This document shows positions 58,941 through 64,000 of a DNA stretch of 64,000 nt, in pieces. Within the stretch, counting starts at the first letter, position 1. Each line of letters begins with the position of its first letter. The stretch spans positions 704,001-768,000 of the forward strand of contig CAVXLD010000003.1 in assembly GCA_963762565.1 (NCBI GenBank), read 5' to 3'. The notes under the pieces are model-generated. The model had not been told where the DNA came from and did not search any database. It saw nothing but the letters and a program-made list of their open reading frames with translations. Origin of the DNA: an uncultured Verrucomicrobiae bacterium (GTDB lineage Bacteria; Verrucomicrobiota; Verrucomicrobiia; Chthoniobacterales; JAFAMB01). Position numbers and translations under genes: made by a program.

Positions 58941-59813
58941 ATGAAAAACATGCGTAACACCCCGATCTCAGTCAAAGCCGGCCATCTTGAATTCCTGAAA
59001 CTAAATACCAAACGATATGACTGGCGCGATGCCTATCACTACATCTTGACGTTAACCTGGCCGCAGTTCGCGGCCTTGATCCTCGGCATCTATGTCTTGG
59101 TCAACCTCGTATTTGCGGTTTTGTATTGGGCCGGCCCAAAAAGCGTCGCCGAGTTACCTCCCGGGTCACTCACCGACGCTTTCTTCTTCAGTGTTGAGAC
59201 CTTGGCGACGGTCGGTTATGGCCATATGTATCCAGACAGCCTATACGGTCACATCATCGCCACAGTCGAGATCATGATCGGTATGTTCGGTATGGCAGTC
59301 GTCACCGGCTTGATTTTTGTAAGATTTTCGCGGCCAACCGCCCGGATCCTTTTCAGCAAGTTTGCCGTGATTGGGCCGTTTGACGGTGTACCCACATTGA
59401 TGCTCCGGGTCGCAAACCTCCGGCATCACGCCATGGTGGAAGCCGAGTTTCGAGTGATATTGGTGCGAAGCGAGCCGACAAAAGAAGATCCCGATGTCCG
59501 CCGGTTTCATACTTTGAAACTCGATTTCGATCGGCTCATTGCCTTTCCCGCTGCCTTAACGATCCGCCACCAGATTACCGAACAGAGCCCCCTCTATGGA
59601 ATGACCGCGGAGGACCTAAAAAAGAGCGACAGCCGCATCCTGGCATCCATTGTGTGCGTCGACACCGTGATCCCGGCCCCGATCCAAAGCCAGATTGACT
59701 ACCCTCATGATGAGATTCTATGGAACCGCCGGTTCGTCGAGATCTACGCCGAGCACGGCGACGGCCGGTTCTCCGTTGACTACGGCCGATTTCACGACAC
59801 AGAAGAAGCGTGA
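58941..59813 (+). CDS. KirBac inward-rectifier potassium channel
   Basis: FFFSVETLATVGYG filter, RFSRP, PTLMLRVANLR, H.I...SPL. Confidence 0.93.
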   Translation: MKNMRNTPISVKAGHLEFLKLNTKRYDWRDAYHYILTLTWPQFAALILGIYVLVNLVFAVLYWAGPKSVAELPPGSLTDAFFFSVETLATVGYGHMYPDSLYGHIIATVEIMIGMFGMAVVTGLIFVRFSRPTARILFSKFAVIGPFDGVPTLMLRVANLRHHAMVEAEFRVILVRSEPTKEDPDVRRFHTLKLDFDRLIAFPAALTIRHQITEQSPLYGMTAEDLKKSDSRILASIVCVDTVIPAPIQSQIDYPHDEILWNRRFVEIYAEHGDGRFSVDYGRFHDTEEA

Positions 59814-59855
59814 GGGGGTTGCGGTTAGCAGTTAGCAGTTAGCAGTCGCCACTTC

Positions 59856-59921
59856 GTCCTATAAGTCCCATTGGTCCTATAGAGCCTGTCGCGCCGTAGG
59901 CTTGGCGAAGGCGGATCCCAT
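59856..59921. repeat. Repeat family H (9-mer array plus CGCCGTAGGCTTGGCGAAGGCGG)
   Basis: Direct copies at 61141-61202 and 62649-62713. Confidence 0.85.
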
Positions 59922-60009
59922 TTGTGCCACCCCGAGCAACGCCCACCAACCGACAAACGAACCATCACCCGGCGTCTAACCGCTAACCGCTAACCGCTCA
60001 CCCCAAACC

Positions 60010-60246
60010 ATGACACCACTCATCTGGGGACAGGGCATCGAGCCCGAGGCAGTCAACCAAATGCTCGAAGCTTGCCGGTTACCGGTCTCACTAGCCGGCG
60101 CACTAATGCCGGATGCACATATCGGCTACGGCTTACCGATCGGCGGTGTGTTAGCCACCGATAACAGCGTGATCCCGTACGGCGTCGGGGTGGATATCGC
60201 CTGCCGGATGAAGATGTGTCCCACCGGCGACCGAGCCGAAGACTGA
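60010..60246 (+). pseudogene. rtcB: 5' fragment of an RtcB RNA ligase gene
   Basis: LMPDAHIGYGLPIGGV...GVGVDIACRMK, then a stop after 78 aa. No continuation downstream. Confidence 0.85.
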
Positions 60247-60418
60247 GCGGGGGGGCAGACGTTGGGTGGTGGCCAGCTCGGTGGTTGGCGGCGGTCGCTA
60301 GTGATGGCACAGACAGGCCTCTATGGGACTAATGGGACTTATATGACACGGCGTTGACAGCCGTACTCGCTAACTGCAAATGGCAAACTGGTAACAGCAA
60401 ACCTCGACCCCCTCGACT

Positions 60419-61063
60419 ATGAACCTCATTTACTACTACGACGTTTGTTCAATGTGGTGCGCCATGGGCGACGAAGTGCTCGTCGCCATCAGCAAGCGCC
60501 ACGGCTCTCGAGTACCGATCGTCCGAAAAATTGCATTGATTAACGACGGTAAGCCAATGGCTGCCGGTCTCGAACAAGAGAAATGGTACTACGACCGGTG
60601 TGACTTTGTCACCGGGCGTCGATTCAATCACAACTGGATCGAGAAACCCGGACAAACAACCTGGGTCCCAAATGCCGTTATCCAGGCTGCCGAACGTCTC
60701 GGTCACGGTGATGCCGTGAGAGAGATCCTCAAGACCGAAGGATTGATGGAGGGCAAGCCAATTCTACGTCTGGAGGTTGCGCTAGAGCTCGCCGCAAAGG
60801 CAACCGGTATCAGCTCATCCGAGCTGGCAAGCGCGGTCAACGACGACAAAACCGCCGACGCCATAAAAGCCGGCACCGCCGAATTCAGCCTGTTACCAGC
60901 CAACCAACGCCCAACCTTTCTCCTCCGCAGCAACATCGAAGACACCGCGCTGCTAAGCGGTATTTACCGCCCCGAACCTATCTTCGCTGCGATCGAAGCC
61001 ATGATCTCAGACGAGGACGCCTACGAGCGCTTCCGAGCCAGCTACCCGCCAATACCGGAGTGA
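60419..61063 (+). CDS. DsbA/FrnE-like thioredoxin-fold protein
   Basis: YYYDVCSMWC at the N-terminus and a cis-Pro-like RPTF. Confidence 0.7.
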   Translation: MNLIYYYDVCSMWCAMGDEVLVAISKRHGSRVPIVRKIALINDGKPMAAGLEQEKWYYDRCDFVTGRRFNHNWIEKPGQTTWVPNAVIQAAERLGHGDAVREILKTEGLMEGKPILRLEVALELAAKATGISSSELASAVNDDKTADAIKAGTAEFSLLPANQRPTFLLRSNIEDTALLSGIYRPEPIFAAIEAMISDEDAYERFRASYPPIPE

Positions 61064-61269
61064 CCGTTCGCGGTTCGCGGTTCACGGTTCGCCGTTGGCT
61101 GTTGAGTCGCGATTCGTTTCCTGTTGAGAAGACGCGTCATATAAGTCCCATTAGTCCTATAAGGGCCCGTCGCGCCGTAGGCTGGGCGAAGGCGGATCCC
61201 ATCCGAGCCACCCGATGACCCACCAATGACCGACGACCGACCCACCACCCATCGCTAGCCCCCACCACC

Positions 61270-62448
61270 GTGAACCGCAAACGCCATCCCGGACGCCATT
61301 TTCTCCAAATCCCAGGACCGACCAATGTCCCTGATCGGGTACTCCGCGCCATTGATCGTCCCACGATTGATCACCGTAGCCAGGATTTTGCCCAGCTTGG
61401 TCATGACTGTCTGGAGGGCATGAAAAGAATATTCCAGACCTCGCTGGGCCAAGTTTTCATCTTTCCATCAAGCGGAACTGGCGCCTGGGAAGCCGCCATC
61501 GTTAACACCTTATCACCCGGCGATCGGGTGCTGATGTTCGAGACCGGCCATTTCGGAACGCTCTGGCGAAAGCTGGCGGCGAACTTCGGTGTGACCGTCG
61601 ACTTTGTCCCGGGCGATTGGCGCCACGGCGTATCGCCCGAAGCAGTTGAAACCAAGCTCCGCGACGATGTCCACCAAGAGATCAAGGCGGTGATGTGCGT
61701 CCATAACGAAACCTCGACCGGCGTTACCAGCCAGATTGCGGAGGTACGACAAGCCATGGACCGAGCCGGTCATCCGGCGTTGCTCATGGTAGATACAATT
61801 TCCTCACTTGGGAGCATCGATTACCGGCATGACGAATGGCGGGTTGACGTCGGTATCGGCGGTTCTCAGAAAGGGTTGATGTTGCCGCCGGGACTCGGCT
61901 TTAACGCAGTTAGTCAAAAGGCGCTGGAAGCGTCTGGCGCCGCCCGGTTACCGCGTTCGTTTTGGTCCTGGACAGAAATGGTTGAGCCAAACAAACAGGG
62001 CTTTTTCCCCTATACCCCAGCGACCAACCTGTTATTCGGGCTGCGTGAAGCCATCTCAATGTTGCTGGATGAGGAGGGCCTGGACTCAGTATTTAAGCGT
62101 CATCAGAGGCATGCTGAAGCGACCCGATCTGCGGTCAACGCTTGGGGACTCGAGTTGGTGTGTGCTGATCCGCGCGAATACAGCAGTTCTTTGACCGCCA
62201 TCTTTTTGCCGGACGGCTTTGATGAAGCCGCCTTTCGCGGTTTAGTCCTCGATAAATTCAATCTGTCGTTGGGTTCCGGCCTTGGAAAACTTAAAGGCCG
62301 AGCATTCCGAATCGGTCACCTTGGCGATTTCAACGATCTGATGTTGTGCGGCGCCTTGTGCGGCGTCGAGATAGGTCTGTCCCTTTTCGGTGTCCCCTTC
62401 AAAAAAGGCGGCGTCGACGCCGCCATGGAATTCTTGGAGAGGAGCTAG
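61270..62448 (+). CDS. Class V aminotransferase (serine-glyoxylate aminotransferase-like)
   Basis: FLQIPGPTNVP, SSGTGAWEA, HNETSTG, DTISS, GSQKGL, RIGHLG. Confidence 0.92.
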   Translation: MNRKRHPGRHFLQIPGPTNVPDRVLRAIDRPTIDHRSQDFAQLGHDCLEGMKRIFQTSLGQVFIFPSSGTGAWEAAIVNTLSPGDRVLMFETGHFGTLWRKLAANFGVTVDFVPGDWRHGVSPEAVETKLRDDVHQEIKAVMCVHNETSTGVTSQIAEVRQAMDRAGHPALLMVDTISSLGSIDYRHDEWRVDVGIGGSQKGLMLPPGLGFNAVSQKALEASGAARLPRSFWSWTEMVEPNKQGFFPYTPATNLLFGLREAISMLLDEEGLDSVFKRHQRHAEATRSAVNAWGLELVCADPREYSSSLTAIFLPDGFDEAAFRGLVLDKFNLSLGSGLGKLKGRAFRIGHLGDFNDLMLCGALCGVEIGLSLFGVPFKKGGVDAAMEFLERS

Positions 62449-62822
62449 GAGCGAGAATCTAGGAGCTAGGAGGATGGATCCGGCATATTTGGTAGGGCGA
62501 GGCTCCCTCTGCCACCAAGAGTAGATCGCAACGGGAATAGGTGCCTGTTGAGGTTTCGGTCGCAATACCTGAGAAGCGGCCGAGCCTGAGGTTAGCCGCC
62601 TAACAATCGGACAGGATTCGTGCGTCCTATAGGCATTATTACGTACTATCCTATAGGTCCCATAAGTCGTATAGAGCCTGTCGCGCCGTAGGCTTGGCGA
62701 AGGCGGATCCCATCCCATGCAAATTACAAGAAAATTCATTGTCCCACGGCGTGCTTTCACTTAGAAAGTTTAGAGAGGTACAAGCGGTGAATACCAGGCA
62801 AAGTAAGGAACAGCCGGCAGGG

Positions 62823-63557
62823 ATGCAGTTCCATACCACTCGCTGGGACTTAGTGCTTCGGTCTGGCGATGTTACATCGCCCCTGCATGAACAGTCTTTG
62901 TCCGAGTTCTGTTCTCGTTATTGGTATCCGCTCTATCACTTCGCCCGGTACAAAGGTTTTAACGATGAAGATGCCCAGGACCTGACCCAAGGTTTCTTCC
63001 TGCATTTGCTGGATAAAGAGAGTCTGAAACACGCCGACCCCAACCGTGGCCGGTTCCGTTCTTTCTTGCTGGCCTCATTTCAGAACCATATCTCCGCGCT
63101 ACGACACCGGGCCGGAGCAGCAAAACGGGGTGGAGGAAATGCGTTAGTGCCGCTCGATGCCCAGGAAACGAACGAACGCGACCAGATTGAGCCGAAGGAT
63201 AACCTAACCGCCGAAGTTTTTTTCGATGCGCAATGGGCGCAATTGTTACTCGAGCGAGCCATGGTCCGGCTCGGCGAAGAATACCGGCAGGTCGGTAAAA
63301 CCGCCCAGTTCGATCGGCTTCGCGGTTATCTTGATCTAACAGGAGAGCATCTGAACGAGAGCTATGAGGGGGTGGCAAACGAGCTAGGGTTAACGGTCGC
63401 CGGAGTTAAAACCCTGGTATTCCGGATGCGGAAGCGCTACTCGGCGTTGCTGCGCGACGAAGTATCCCAGACTTTACTTGATCCTGGGGATATCGACGCG
63501 GAAATCCACGCTCTCTATCAGGCGCTCCTGGTGACCGAAGGACGGCGATTGAAATGA
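62823..63557 (+). CDS. ECF sigma factor (kinase-associated type)
   Basis: FHTTRWDLV, YWYPLY, DAQDLTQGFF, GRFRSFL, C-terminal HTH. Alternative start GTG 62787. Confidence 0.88.
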   Translation: MQFHTTRWDLVLRSGDVTSPLHEQSLSEFCSRYWYPLYHFARYKGFNDEDAQDLTQGFFLHLLDKESLKHADPNRGRFRSFLLASFQNHISALRHRAGAAKRGGGNALVPLDAQETNERDQIEPKDNLTAEVFFDAQWAQLLLERAMVRLGEEYRQVGKTAQFDRLRGYLDLTGEHLNESYEGVANELGLTVAGVKTLVFRMRKRYSALLRDEVSQTLLDPGDIDAEIHALYQALLVTEGRRLK

Positions 63558-64000
63558 ACGCCGGTGATGAGCCGGAACCGGACGAGCCAAAGAACCAGCC
63601 GCCGCCAAAACCCGAGCCTGGTTTATCTCGCCGTAGTCCCGCGGACGCGGGAGAGGCGGATTTGTCACCCGGTGGTCCCGCGAACGCCGGAGAAGCGTCG
63701 TCTGCCTCCGGCGCGACCCAAGGGTTACCGCCCGATCAACCCCTGCCGCCGGGAGCCGAAATGCTTCGCCGGGCAAGCGGCAGTTCACTGGATTCCTTTT
63801 CGGATGAGGGCTCAGATCTCAGTCTGTTAACCGCCGAACAATTTCAACGGCGATACGCCCATTTCGAAGTTGAGATCGGAGCCGACGGTAAGCCGGTGGA
63901 GCTCGGCCGGGGAGCTATGGGGATCACATACAAAGCTTCGGACACAACCTTACGGCGGCAGGTGGCTTTGAAAGTGATTTCCAGCCGGTTGCTCCATAAC
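63554..64000 (+). CDS. Serine/threonine protein kinase (3'-partial; absent from the ORF track)
   Basis: ATGA overlap with the sigma gene. Open to the window end, with ELGRGAMGITYKA..VALKVI. Confidence 0.88.
   Translation, partial: MNAGDEPEPDEPKNQPPPKPEPGLSRRSPADAGEADLSPGGPANAGEASSASGATQGLPPDQPLPPGAEMLRRASGSSLDSFSDEGSDLSLLTAEQFQRRYAHFEVEIGADGKPVELGRGAMGITYKASDTTLRRQVALKVISSRLLHN

Noticed and set aside
1640..62720. Dispersed repeats as a CRISPR array
   Set aside because: No regularly spaced direct repeats with unique spacers and no cas genes; the repeats are inverted doublets.
63564..63830. 88-aa Arg-rich ORF
   Set aside because: It overlaps, out of frame, the kinase gene starting at 63554.

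Overview
A 64-kb gene-dense bacterial chromosomal segment, probably from Verrucomicrobiota. That assignment is an inference from the UBact-proteasome genes, the ECF sigma/Ser-Thr kinase pair and the overall gene style. No rRNA, tRNA or CRISPR array was seen. Housekeeping and metabolic genes (ychF, trpA, mobA, pfkA, ptsH, SDRs, KirBac channel, class V aminotransferase) are interspersed with several unusual modules. (1) A four-gene membrane operon with two stand-alone ClpB-D2-type AAA+ ATPases and a beta-helix protein (3.2-8.1 kb). (2) An IS200-like/RAYT transposase with cognate REP arms and an HNH-toxin/SUKH-immunity pair. (3) A His/Cys-rich, RGPP-ending leader gene in front of a TonB-dependent receptor. 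(4) ubact-prcB-prcA. (5) A TIR-TM-TPR receptor-like gene. (6) A candidate undescribed signalling/conflict locus at 41.5-52 kb: GAF, S8 protease, trypsin protease, TPR-S/SLOG/class III cyclase, Zn-ribbon peptide and ABC exporter, divergent from a sigma factor followed by three paralogous small anti-sigma-like proteins. Many intergenic gaps hold nested palindromic repeats of about nine families, including 22-24 nt hairpins inserted precisely after CAG with no target duplication. All domain calls come from motif recognition by eye, not from database searches.
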